Source: Octopus vulgaris (taxonomy: Eukaryota). Taken from it: a stretch of DNA of 64,000 nt. Each line of letters opens with the position of its first letter. Positions within the stretch are counted from its first letter, which is position 1. A program made the position numbers and the translations under genes. The stretch covers positions 11,408,001-11,472,000 of the forward strand of contig OX597828.1 of assembly GCA_951406725.2 (NCBI GenBank), written 5' to 3'. Shown piece after piece: positions 14,784 to 27,369 of the stretch. The notes under the pieces were generated by a model that was not told the origin of the DNA, made no database searches, and saw only the letters and a list, made by a program, of their open reading frames with translations.

Positions 14784-14962
14784 TCAAGTCACAGCATAGA
14801 CTGAAACGAAACTCACCAAGAAAATACAGCCAGCAGCCATATTGGCCAGCAGAATCATCCCGATGGTGTAAAATTGGAAAGAACAATTGCCAATCAATGA
14901 GATAAAATGAAAAGTGATGGAACTAGCAGTTGAGAAACCGAAGTCTAACGGAAGCAGTCTAG
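14784..14962 (-). CDS. Candidate terminal exon encoding a hydrophobic (TM/GPI-signal-like) C-terminus
   Basis: Long T-rich tract then AAG| at 14963; phase-1 frame xRLLPLDFGFSTASSITFHFISLIGNCSFQFYTIGMILLANMAAGCIFLVSFVSVYAVT* in complex unique sequence, followed by UTR-like unique DNA. No homology recognised. Confidence 0.35.
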
Positions 14963-15713
14963 CTTGCCAGTAATACAAAAAGCCAAAAAAAAAACATAAA
15001 TAAAATAAAATAAAAGGAGAAAATAGAAAAGGAAAGTGAAAGAAAAATCTGAATGGTTAATGTGAGAATAGAATTTCAGTTTGGCTTCAATAATCATCTT
15101 AATTTGAAAACATAAAATAAAATAGTAAAAAGAAAAAAAATATATATATATATATATACACAAACAAAATACAACAAAACTGTACCATTTTACTTGACTT
15201 GTGGTAAATAGTATTTTATTCTATTAGTTATAGTATCCACTTTATTGGGAATTAGATGTAGTTATCGGGTGTGTATGTATGTGTGCTTCTCTGTGTGCAT
15301 ATGTGTGTATGTGCATACATAATCACCCATTGTCTTAACGTCCACTTTTTCATGCTTGCATGGATCAGACAGAATTCATTGAGGCAGATTATCTACATCT
15401 GGAGGCCCTTCCTGTTGCCAATCCTCACCCAAATAAGGTTACTATTTGTCCACAGGCAGACATGTCTTCACAAAATAATGGGAATGAATGACACAGCTTA
15501 TCTGATGGTGGACCTTATCTACAAGTAAAGTATGATACCACAAAGAACCACATAACAGTGTGGTAAAAAGCTTACTTCCCAACTGTATGGTTCTGGGTTC
15601 AGTCCCACTGCATGGCACCTAGGGCAAGTGTCTTCTACTATAGCCCTAGGCTAACCAAAGGCTTATTGAGTGAATTTGGTAGACAGAAACTGAAAGCCTG
15701 TCATATAAATATT

Positions 15714-15945
15714 ATCATCATCATCATCATTTAGCATCCATTTTTCCATGCTGGCATGGGTTAGATAGTTTGACTGGGATTGGTAAGCCAAAGGGCACTA
15801 CCAGGCTCCAGTCTGAATTGATTTGCTCTCTACAGCTGGGTGTCCTTCCTAACAAGAGTGTAGAGGGTGCTGTTTATGTGTTAATGGTACAGGTGCCTTT
15901 TATGTCACTGGCATGGGTGCCGTTTACAGGTCATCAGCATGGGTA
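15714..15945 (-). mobile_element. Family B retroposon nested in the SINE A microsatellite
   Basis: (ATC)n tttagcatccattttccatgctggcatggg...ctacagctgggtgtccttcctaac. Confidence 0.75.
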
Positions 15946-16068
15946 TCTTTGTGTCCGTGTTAGTCCCCCTGCCACCACTTGACAACCAGTGTGGTGTGTT
16001 TATGTCCCCTTAACTTAGCAGTTCAGCAAAAATGACCAACAGAGTAAGTACCAGGCTTAAGAAAATAA

Positions 16069-16224
16069 CATTATTTACATTATTTACATTTGACAGATAT
16101 TTGTCGTCATCTTGTTTGTTGTTAACAAAACATTTCGGCTGAAATACCCTCCAGCCTTCATCAGGTGTCTTGGGGGAAATTTCAAACTTGGGTTGTCATT
16201 CCTCAGGTATTTTTTTATGTTATT

Positions 16225-16255
<31 letters not shown>

Positions 16256-16397
16256 TTATTATTATTATCATTATTCAGGTCACTGCTTGGATTCGAACTC
16301 GGAATCTTGGGGTTAGTAGCCTGCGCTCTTAACCACTACATCATAGGCCCGTGTAAGTAATGTACATAATTCCTCATCTCTTAAATACAGAACAGTA
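16069..16397 (-). mobile_element. tRNA-headed element with hammerhead-bearing PLE-like tail and inverted terminal segment
   Basis: 12-bp TSD ttaagaaaataa (16057-16068, 16398-16409); A-box tagtggttaag and B-box gagttcgaatcc (16289-16343); hammerhead motif 16124-16169; 16353-16370 is a 16/18 inverted copy of 16070-16087. Confidence 0.75.
16124..16169 (-). ncRNA. Minimal type I hammerhead ribozyme motif
   Basis: gacac-CTGATGA-A-GGCTG-gagggtattt-CAGCC-GAAA-tg-TT-ttgtt: both core boxes, 5-bp stem II, short stem I, vestigial stem III typical of PLE hammerheads. Activity not shown. Confidence 0.6.
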
Positions 16398-16680
16398 TTA
16401 AGAAAATAAGTCCTGGTTTCTTTGACTAAAAACCCTTAAAGCTAGTGCCCCAGTATGGCCACAGTCAAATGATGAGACAAATAAAAGAAAAAAATAAAAG
16501 AATATTCAAAGCTGCTCATCTACATGTAGCACATGATACCAAGTCAATATGACACGAACACACACTCATGCACACACCCACTTATACATACATCATACAA
16601 ACTCACATGCATACGCATACACTACACAATATTCTAAAATTCGTAAAATTATACAACTCTTTTTTATAAAATTGAGCCAC

Positions 16681-17102
16681 AGCGTAGGAGTGGCTGTGTG
16701 GTAGGTAACTTGCTAATGAACCACATGGCTCCAGGGTCAGTTGCACTGCGTGGCACCTTGGGCAAGTGTCTTCTACTATATCCTCGGGCCGACCGAAGCC
16801 TTGTGAGTGGATTTGGTAGATGGAAACTAGAAGAAGCCCGTCGTATATATATATATATGTATATATATATGTGTGTGTATATGTTTGTGTGTCTGTGTTT
16901 GTTCCCCCCCCCCCAACATCGCTTGATAACTGATGCTGGTGTGTTCACGTCCCCGTAACTTAGCGGTTCGGCAAAAGAGTCCGATTGAATAAGTACTAGG
17001 CTTACAAAGAATAAGTCCTGGGATCGATTTGCTCGACTAAAGGTGGTGCTCCAGCATGGCCACAGTAAAATGACTGAAACATGTAACAGAGAATAAAAGA
17101 GT
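16681..17102 (+). mobile_element. SINE family A, young full-length copy
   Basis: Near-consensus with CpGs retained. Confidence 0.92.
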
Positions 17103-17294
17103 AGTTGTAGGTTATTTGACAGTATCATGCATAACTTTATATTTTTACAATAGGGTACTTCATAACTCTCCATGTTTTAAGAGGTGATTTTAAGAAGTTA
17201 TCATGAGGAGGGGCATTTGGTCATAAAATCTTAGTTCAAAAAGTTTTGTCCGATCCCTGCAACCTTGGAAAAACAGGTGTAAAGATGATGATGA

Positions 17295-17456
17295 ACAGGC
17301 ATGGGAATGTAGTTAAGAAGCTCACTTCGCAACCACCTGGTTTCAGGTTCAATCCCACTGCATGACACCTTGGAGTAAGTGTCTTCTAATACAGCCCCAG
17401 TCCGACCAATGCCATATGAGTAAATTTGGTAGATAGAAACTGTGTGGAAACCTGTT

Positions 17457-17497
<41 letters not shown>

Positions 17498-17806
17498 GAG
17501 TGAGAGAGAGACATACACACACATATATATCAGCATGGAAAATGGATGTATGATAATGACAATGATGATGATATACAAATATGTGTGTGTGGGGTGGTGG
17601 TGTTTCTTTGTGTCAACCACCACCACCACTTGACAACTGGTGTTGGTTTGTTAACATCCCTACAACTGATAAATTCAGTAAAAAGACTCCAACAGAATAA
17701 GTACCTGACTTGAAAAAAATTGGTACGTGGGTCAGTTTCTTTGATGCAAACCTTTCAAAGCGGTGCTCTAGCATGGCCACAGTGTAATGACAGAAACAAA
17801 GTAAAA
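17295..17806 (+). mobile_element. SINE family A, diverged, with a family B tail inside its microsatellite
   Basis: Head and tail motifs present; cagcatggaaaatggatg...(GAT)n at 17531-17572. Confidence 0.75.
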
Positions 17807-18663
17807 CAAAAAAATGAAAGCTAAAAGATAATGGCATGATTTGAAATGGAGATTTGGCTGTCATTTCTAGTTGTTTGACTAACAATATAGGTGTCTTTTC
17901 GTTGTTGTCGGTGCTACATATAACCATAATGTAACGAGTCCAGAGATTCTGTCAGCACCATAGCAGCTGGACTATCATTATTCATTAGTGAATATACACA
18001 TAGGTTGTCAGGAAGGAGTTAGAAGTTAGGAGTTTATTTGTAGGCTGGGGAACGTTGCTGTCATTGGCTAAAATTACTACAGCAATTTTCTTTATTCCTA
18101 CTTATTATCAAGAGACTTAATCAATTAATCTTGACTATTTACTCTTAACTTTGATGTTAAAAGACCAATTTTTTTCTTATCCAAAAGAGACTTATCTTTC
18201 AACAAAGCCAGAGCTGACTACTTGGTCCTAGGAGAGACCTTGTTTTTGGACAGTTTAGTATAAAATATAAAGTGACAAATTTGCAATTCTGAATTCTAAT
18301 ATATCCTCGAAGGAAGGGGAGATTATATCAGTCTGACGAAGTGCACCGAAGTTGAATATTTCAATTGATATGAGCCACTGAAGAATCCTCTATATGACTC
18401 ATCACACTGCTAGAAATACCAGCCAAATTCCATTCAAATCATACTGTACCACCTTCAAATAAAAAAAGGGAGCACATTTAATAATGCAGTCCTACATATT
18501 TTCATAAACACAAACCCAAGATGAGAAAATAAATGTTAAAAATCACTCAGGTGTTTTCCTATACCGGTTTCATACTTGTACACTGTCTAATTTAGTTTAA
18601 TGTTTATAATAAAACAAATCTTAACCATTTTACTTTGTCATGTGCTACTAATATTAGCATACT

Positions 18664-18903
18664 TACTTCTTATTTCTTTATTGCCCACAAGAGGCTAAAC
18701 ACAGACGGAACAAAGAAGGACAGACAAAGAGATTAAGTCAATTACATCGACCCCAGTGCATAACTGGTACTTAATTTATCAACCCCGAAAGGATGAAAGG
18801 CAAAGTCGACCTCAGCGGAATTTGAACTCAGAACGTAACAGCAGACGAAATACCACTAAGCACTTCGCCCGGCATGCTAACATTTCTGCCAGCTCGCCGC
18901 CTT
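18664..18903 (-). mobile_element. SINE family C, young full-length copy
   Basis: Reverse complement of the 12325 copy; TSD aatattag(c/t)atact at 18650-18663 and 18904-18917. Confidence 0.92.
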
Positions 18904-19046
18904 AATATTAGTATACTATAGTATACTAATATTAATATTAGTATACTAATATTATAGTATTAATATTAGTATACTAATATTAATACTTAATATTAAAATA
19001 CTATTAATATACTATATTAATATGCCTTAATATTAGTATACTATAG
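18904..19046. repeat. Nested AT-rich palindromic array
   Basis: Shuffled direct and inverted copies of taatattagtatact. Confidence 0.8.
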
Positions 19047-19589
19047 GCTTTTTCAAATCATAACAACATTCAGAATTTCAAGTGTGAAAATTTTGTTGAA
19101 TGAGGAATAAAAAGCATGACATGAAATAGTCATAGCTTAGGGTTAAGTGTCACAAGGTATTGGAGGCCTTGTGTTTCTGCTGAGATAGATGTAAATAATG
19201 TAGCTGGCATGCTAATATTTTATGAGCCTTAACTTGAGTGGAAAGACTACGTGCCTGGTTGCTTTGGTGCAAGCAATAGATGTACTGAGATGGGGAAAAA
19301 GCAAAATAATTGGATGACATTGGATAATGTAATTCTAGATATATTGACTAGAAAAAACAGATGGGATGGTCAAAAAAGATGAGCTGAAACAACTTTGATC
19401 ATAGTTCTGCCAGATCATGATTACCTGGGGTTCAACAACAACTACACCAACATGTATGGATATTTTTTTCAATGTCCCTTCCCTGGCAAAAAAACTAGTT
19501 GCTGTTCCTTCATCATATCTTAACCACTCAAGACCCAAAATAATGCTGCCTCCCTCCCTGAGGTGGCTTTTTCAGACTCACAAATTATG

Positions 19590-19792
19590 TAGTGATCGCA
19601 CTAGTGCTGATGCCATGAAAAAGGCACAGTGTACACTCTGTAAAGGATCTAGCATTAGTAAAGACATCTAGCTGTAGAAATAATGCCAGGACAGATATTG
19701 GAGCTCAAGGCAATCCTCTGACTTGTTGGATCCTGTCAACCCATCCAACTCATGCCAGCATGGAAGACAAGCATTAAGTGATGGTGTTGATG
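19590..19792 (+). mobile_element. Family B retroposon, diverged
   Basis: catctagctgtagaaa...atgccagcatggaagacaagcattaagtgatg; another copy in opposite orientation at 20062-20300. Confidence 0.7.
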
Positions 19793-20007
19793 ATTTAATG
19801 AAAACACAAATATGAAGATACATGTCTTCTCTCCGAGACATTAATAGAATATTTAAATTAAATAAACAAATCAGTTTTAATTTTCCCAAGTTTCATACAG
19901 TTGATGCTCATCTTGCAAATTAACTGTATCAAACTTATTTTCTTGGTCTAACCTACAACAAACATTCATAAAATACCTGAAATGTGAAGAAATTCATCAT
20001 CATCACC

Positions 20008-20039
<32 letters not shown>

Positions 20040-21785
20040 CAGCAGCAGCAGCAGCAACAACATTTACCATCTACGTTGGCATGGGTTAGACAACTAGACA
20101 GCTTGGCAGAAACTGGCAAGGCCAGAAACCACACCAGGTTCTATAGTCTGTTTTGCATTATTTTTCATTTCCACAGCTGGATGCTCTCCCTAACACCAAC
20201 CACTTTACAGAGTGTACTGCACGCTTTTTTACATGGCACAATCACCAGTGCTTTTTATGTGATATCAGTACCCACTGCAATGCTTTTTATATGGCACCTT
20301 GGTTTTAGGATAACAGTGCATTTACAAAAATCTTCAGCCGCTTACACTAACAAAGACAATCAATGATATCAAAAATTGGGCAGAAAAATTCAAATTGTTA
20401 AAAAAATCCAAGAAGAACCAACCTAAAATAGTATCCAACAAAACCATATTCTTATATACACCACTAAAAATTCTACAAAGTTTGACCTTGGTGCCACCAA
20501 CCCACACTTTCCCTTCTAACTCGCTCTAATCATTACTGAAATTAGCAAAGCACCTGATTCTCATTTTCACTGGCCACAAGCAAACAACATAGAAACACCT
20601 CTTTAATAAATACGATAAAAATGCTGACTGGCAAACAATGTCTTTCTCTCAGGTCTATAACCCAGGTTGCCAAGTCTGTGTAAACTACAACTGCAACATA
20701 TTTAGAATCTGTAATTTCCTAAGTGGCTTATCGGAAATGATGTACAAATAAACATTTGAAGAGCATTCGCAGACATTAAATTTTGACCAAAACAGAGAAA
20801 CAACAATGCCGGTGCATAGATAATACATTAAGTCTATTGGAGATTATGCAAGTCTCATTCGGTGCTCTTAATGTCTCCGCAACACACTACATAAATGAAT
20901 AAATAAATATATAAATGAACGAATGAATAAATAAATAAACAAGCATGAAATAGTACATTTTACATCTGCATAGAAACTACGCACCCACAGGCCATGTCTG
21001 ATTACCTGCTAAAAACAGCTTCAACAATTTTTTTTACAAAAAGCGACACCCATTAGAAACTTTAAATGTAGGAAAACCGTTTAGTTAATGTCTGTCTCGC
21101 ACCAAAAGGCCCATTTCGCCAGAAATTATCCCAGACTTTGCAGTAAATTTTAACTACTTTGTTTGTTGTTATTCACCCTAATGCTGAGCTGGGGAATGAA
21201 CATTAGCAATAACAAGCAAAATAGTGAAAACTTCACTCAGTCTGGATTCCAGGATCACACAGTTCGTTGTTAAAGCACGGTTCAACCCATTTGCTTCCTT
21301 TCTATTGCATGTTCAATCCTTTTCTAACACACAGATCAATCTACATCATCATGGGACGCTACTGATATGCCATTCTATAAATATCATCATCCTGTCAATC
21401 CAAGAGAAAAAAACTATAAAAATCCACAGACACATAAGGATAACTGTAATATCATGGGATGATGTATGAATTTGGTTGACTTGTTAGAAACAGCAGCTAT
21501 ATCTCCTTTAAGTTACATTCCACCATCTTGAAATGAAGAACACATTAAAGGATATAGTGTTCCATACATACACTATACCTTGAAAATGAAACAGAAATGG
21601 CTTGAATGACTTTGATCATGGGTCTCCTCAATCAAGGTTGTCTTGGGATTAAATAACAACCTCCCTAACCCAAAACACTGTACTGGATTATATATAACTA
21701 GAACTAAGTTCAGAAGAACGACAACTGTGCATCTGTAACTTAGTACTCCTTCATCTCCCTCTGTTGAAACTTATATCAGAGTATT

Positions 21786-22367
21786 GTATAGACAACATAG
21801 TAACATGTATTAGGGCATAGTATAAACATAGTAACATATATCAGGGTGTAGTATAGACAACATAGTAACATTTATCAGGGCATAGTATAAACATAGTAAC
21901 ATATATCAGGGTATAGTATAGGCAACATAGTAACATGTTTCAGGGCATAGTATAGACTACATAGTAACATGTATTAGGGCATAGTATAAACATAGTAACA
22001 TATATCAGGGTGTAGTATAGACAACATAGTAACATATATCAAGGTATAGTATAGACAACATAGTAACATATATCAGGGCATAGTATAGACAACATAGTAA
22101 CATATATCAGGGCATAGTATAAACACAGTAACATATATCAGGGTATAGTATAGGTAACATAGTAACATGTATCAGGGCATAGTATAATCAACATAGTAAC
22201 ATATATCAAGGTATAGTATAGACAACATAGTAACAGGTATCAGAGCATAGTATAAACATAGTAACATATATCAGGGTATAGTATAGACAACATAGTAACA
22301 TGTATCAGGGCATAGTATAATCAACATAGTAACATGTATCAGGGCATAGTATAGCCAACATAGTACC
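21786..22367. repeat. Minisatellite, 31/34-bp unit, ~17 copies
   Basis: Unit atagtaacat(a/g)tatcaggg(c/t)atagtata(gaca/a)ac in tandem. Confidence 0.95.
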
Positions 22368-22548
22368 AACTGAAACTAAACACTCCTAGCCTTCTGCAAC
22401 ACTACACTTCATACACTAAGCCACAGAATATTGAAATTATAGTGCTCAATAAGGTAAAGGTAAGGTATACCTGATGGGGTATTGGATACATAGGTCCCAC
22501 CAAACTAATTTAACTGACTCCTTGCATGCCACTGTGAACCAAGAATTC

Positions 22549-22888
22549 GGAGCCGACAATTCTGTGCTGACAATTCTGCACATGACATTTCAACACAAGG
22601 ACAATTCCACGCATAATGTTTATGTGTAAATGAAATTTAATTTAATTTTTGCTTGCAAAATTTCTAAACTTTTCAACTTTGTGAATAATTGGTAATGTTT
22701 TAGAATGTTAACACTAACAACTTTTGAAGAGATGGTCGTGTTTTCAATTGTTAATAGTCCAAAAGCCTTTTTTTTTATATATATATATATTTATAGAAGT
22801 ATACCATTTCAACTGTCTTTGTGTTTGCTCCCTTGCATGCGTGGAACTGTCAGCGCTGAACTGTCATGCATGGTATTGTTGGGGCGCC
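22549..22888. mobile_element. MITE-like element with subterminal repeats
   Basis: Left gacaattc(t/c)-type repeats after ggagcc; right inverted gaactgtc repeats ending attgttggggcgcc. Confidence 0.5.
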
Positions 22889-23955
22889 ACAAGTCACACA
22901 CAGCTCAGCATGCTCCAAGTTGACTATGTATGAGCGAGTATTTTATATGGTGACTACACCAGCTGGAAATAGCAGCCAAACTTCCACCAAATCATAGTCC
23001 AACATTTAAAAACAAAATTAATAAAGGACTCATAAGATGAAATAATCCTAGATCAATAAGATTTGTTTTTGCTTTCTGGTGGGAGTTGTGGAAGATCGTG
23101 GTTGAAACTTCATTCTTGAATACAAAAACAGAATTCCTGTAATGTCTGCTCAATTAGAACCCACCTGGGAACTAAACAACAACAACAACAACAACCCAAA
23201 CCTTAATGATCCTGTCACATGTTTAAGATTTATTTTTCAAAAAAATTCCCTAGTTCTGTCCCAAAATGCTTCTCCCAAAATGACAACAAGATTTGTTTAG
23301 GTATTGAGCCATTTATTTTAAATTATTCATTTGTTTTTCGTATTTCCAAACCAGAATACATTTATTATGCAACAATAGCGGTGAATGAGTTGACTTAATA
23401 AAAACAAAAAAATAGATAGAAAACAAGAAAATAAAACAAAGTAAATTCTAAATATAAAACAAACAAGAAATATGAAACAAAAATCCCTCAAAATATCAAA
23501 AACAAATGAATCCTTTGTTTTTCATTAGTATTATTCTTCAGATTTTATTTTTCCGCAGAGAGGGGAGAGAGAGAGAGAGAGGGAGAGAGAGACAGAGAGA
23601 GAGAAGTGGAGGATCAATCAAAGCCTAAAACGTAATCTCAGTTTGTTTAAAGATTTACTTTAAGATGTGCCCAAAGATATAGAGAGATAAACAAACAACA
23701 GAAGAAAATCATGTTTGACAAATTAAGTGCGGAAGATAAAGGTATGTAGAGCTGAAACGAACAACAAGATAGGTCTAAAGGAATTGAATGTGCACGCACA
23801 CACACACACACAGACACACACGCATGCACACACACATGCACACACGCACACACACACACACACATGTTTACACATAGACAAACTCACATGTATTTTCTAT
23901 GTATACACACACACATATATAAATACACATATATGTATGTGCATGCGTGTGCATT

Positions 23956-23993
<38 letters not shown>

Positions 23994-24041
23994 AAATATA
24001 ATATATATATTAAAACATATATCTATATGTATCGTATATAA

Positions 24042-24136
<95 letters not shown>

Positions 24137-24841
24137 ATATATATATATATATACACACACATAAATAATATATATATATACATATATATTCAACCAGTGA
24201 AAATTGAGATAAACAATCCTGATCAGTTTCCAACAGTACTAAATCTACAGCTGGTTAGATAGCACTCTGCAATATGGAAGCTAGTAAAAAAAAAAATATT
24301 GGTAAACGTGAACTTGGAAAAATATGCCTAAAATTATATACTTCACACATAAATACATACATATATTGGTACATACATATCTACATACACCCCTACACAC
24401 ACACAAATACATACATACTTATATATAAGGGATCCTTTAAAAGTTTCGAGTCTGACCATGATGGGTTTGTAAAAATTTTATATGTTTATCCATTGCTCTT
24501 TTTAAGTGTGATCTGTCGCTAAAGACCTAATGAGGTAAGGCAATATATATTTCTTTTATATCATTCATTAGAACTTGCTCCTTTCCATCTATTCTTTCAT
24601 TCTATGTATTAGGTACAGGATATGTGGCAAACTTGTTATCTGCCTTCATATATCTTTCATTGCACTTTTAATCGTATAACTCACAATTTCAATAGCTGAT
24701 CCTTCAACTAGATCAATTGAGGTAGACCTTCTTTCTCGTTAGCATAATCATCATTCATCTGTCTTTTGACATAACATTACCTTACCATTTTCTTCATAGC
24801 ATCAATAAGAACAAGTGTGCCATATATATATATATATATAT

Positions 24842-25057
24842 CTTTTACTCTTTTACTAGTTTCGGTCATGTGACTGTGGCCATGCTGGAGCACCGACTTT
24901 AGCAAATTGACCCTCAGGACTTATTCTTTGTAAGCCTAGTACTTATTCTATCAGTTTCTTTTGTCAAACTGCTAAGTTACAGGGACGTAAACATACCAGC
25001 ATTGGTTGTCAAGCGATGTTGGGTGGACAAACGCAGACACACACACATATATATATA

Positions 25058-25091
<34 letters not shown>

Positions 25092-25262
25092 CAAATATAC
25101 AATGGGCTTCTTTCAGTTTGCATCTACAAAAACAATCACAAAGCTTTGGTCAGCCCGAGGCTATAGTAGAAGACACTTGCCCAAGGTGCCATGCAGTGGG
25201 ACTGAACCTGGAACCATGTGGTTCGAAAGCAAGCTACTTAACACATAGCCACTCCTATGCCT
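24842..25262 (-). mobile_element. SINE family A, full length
   Basis: Colinear with the consensus; flanked by (TA)n. Confidence 0.9.
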
Positions 25263-25909
25263 ATTTATATATATCAAGGCAGATGTGTGTGTTAACATCT
25301 GTAAAGATGTGGCAGGGTGTATAATGCATATAAGAAAGTATATATATATATATATATATAAGTGCATTTAGATATGAGCAGTGTGCTTGTGTGTATGCAC
25401 GGATGTATGCAACTGACTATAAACGAGCAAGCATGTAGGTACATATGTTTATATGCAAGCAAATAAGTATGTCTATGTACAGCGCTTAAATGAAAAAAAA
25501 AAGAAGCAGTTAACTACCTCAAATAAAAATACAATGAAGTGAAATATTAATTTCCAATTAAATTCAAAGAACATTGATAACAACAACAACAACAATAAAA
25601 GGAAATTGAAACTAATCGTATTTTATAAAAGATTTATTGCAACAATCTATTTCAGATAAAAGATTGAAAAAAAATAAATAAAAGAAATAAATAAATTACT
25701 AGAGAACCTTTAATTAAGGAGTGGAGAAGAACACTAAGATTTCTCCAATTAATACCAGTACTTTGTAGCTAGACAATATGCAACAAGTTCTGAAGTTCTA
25801 TATAATACTGACATTTGAAGAATTGGTGCTGTTGAGAAGGAACGACAAAAAACCAAAGTAATAATGATAATAATCATGATGATGATGATGATGATGATGA
25901 TGACAATAA

Positions 25910-26028
25910 TCATACTGATAATGATGATGATGATGATGATGCCGATGACAACGAAATCCTGTCTGCAGGAATGTTCAGGATTTTAGTTGTTACGTCTATA
26001 TTTTCATCTTTTATTGCAAAGATGGCAG
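25910..26028 (-). CDS. Candidate exon, xAIFAIKDENIDVTTKILNIPADRISLSSASSSSSSLSV*
   Basis: Acceptor tttatttatctgttatag| at 26029; protein-like phase-1 frame ending at TGA, or at a possible TCA|GTATGA donor. Confidence 0.3.
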
Positions 26029-26364
26029 CTATAACAGATAAATAAATTGAAGCAAATAGGAAGAATGAAGTTTAACTTGACTGTAGTGAATGAAAGGAGA
26101 GAAAGAAAAGAGAGAAAGAAGACGAATGATTGAAGAAAATAGAAAGGAAATGTAAGAGAGAAATTTCGAAGGAAAGAGAATAAGAAAGTGAAGGGGAATG
26201 GGAGAGAGAAGAAAGAACAAAAGAGAAAAAGAAAGAAAGAAAAGGAAAAATTGAGGGAAAATAAAAGTAAAAAGAGAAAGAGGAGAATGAAGACAAGGAA
26301 GGAACATGATGGAGGAAGAGGAACAAAGAAAGTGAGAAGGAGAATGAAAGAAAGACACAAAGGC

Positions 26365-26415
26365 AGATAGATAGATAGATAGACAGATAGTCAGAAGACA
26401 GGCACACAGACTGAC

Positions 26416-26471
<56 letters not shown>

Positions 26472-26562
26472 GGATAGACAGATGGATAGATAGATAGACA
26501 GATAGATAGATAGATAGAGAGAGAGACAGATAGATAGATAAATAGATAGACAGACAGATAGT

Positions 26563-26598
<36 letters not shown>

Positions 26599-26600
26599 AT

Positions 26601-26641
<41 letters not shown>

Positions 26642-26722
26642 ATAGATAGGTAGGTAGAGAAAGACAGATAGATAGATTGACAGGTAGATAGATAGCTAGC
26701 TAGATAGATAGATAGATAGATA
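26365..26722. repeat. (GATA/GACA)n microsatellite
   Basis: Direct inspection; preceded by a polypurine tract at ~26090-26360. Confidence 0.95.
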
Positions 26723-26924
26723 CTGAGGTAGAGAAAGAGAGAGGTGAAGGCAGAAATATTGAAATAAATTAGGGAGAGAAGAGATAAAAAAAAAGTACAG
26801 TTAGAAAAATATAGAGAGAAACGAGAAGACGGAGAGAGAGAGAGAGAAGTGAAGAAGTGTGATTGGGAGAGAAGAGTTAATTAGCTGTTTTATGATTAAA
26901 GAATTAAAAGAGTTAATTTCCGTG

Positions 26925-27175
26925 TCAATGCAAGTCAGAATGGGGAATGGAACAGTGAATAGCGAGGTTGTATGTGTGCATGTGCGAGAATGCATGCATG
27001 TGTGTGTGTGTGCGTGTGTGTGTGTGTTTGTGTACATGTGTGAGTGTGCGTAGCATTGTGAAGTCTATTTTCCCAAAACAGACAACAATCAGGAAAATCT
27101 GAATGATAAAGAATACATTCCAAGACAATTCGAAGACAATTCTAAAGACAAGGTGACATTCTGTTTTGAGCAGTA
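26925..27175 (-). CDS. Candidate terminal exon with a TM-like segment
   Basis: Acceptor ttttcttaatgtttccag| at 27176; phase-1 frame xLLKTECHLVFRIVFELSWNVFFIIQIFLIVVCFGKIDF... then runs into a microsatellite. Confidence 0.25.
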
Positions 27176-27369
27176 CTGGAAACATTAAGAAAATAAACAA
27201 ACAAATAAGAATAAAAAATAGAAAAAAAATATGACACTGAATAATTGAAAACTGAAAAAATATGAGTGGGGTTTGCAGTTTTTAATGAATAACTTTCTCT
27301 CTCACGCATACACTCATATATATACATATATATATATATACACACACATATACATATATATATGTAAAC

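Larger units (their letters stand above)
15556..16500 (+). mobile_element. SINE family A split by two nested insertions
   Basis: Head 15556-15705, middle 15950-16068 and tail 16398-16500 are colinear with the consensus. Confidence 0.85.

Noticed and set aside
18333-18355. Hammerhead-like ctgacgaagtgcaccgaag
   Set aside because: Second box is GAAG, stem II is minimal and stems I and III are absent.
21786-22367. CRISPR-like periodicity
   Set aside because: Contiguous tandem units with no unique spacers, no cas genes, eukaryotic context.
23394-23447. Hydrophobic terminal exon xFTLFYFLVFYLFFCFY*
   Set aside because: Hydrophobicity is explained by poly-T low complexity, and the acceptor choice is ambiguous.
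26004-26407. F/L/S-rich membrane-protein-like ORFs
   Set aside because: Antisense translation of a polypurine tract.
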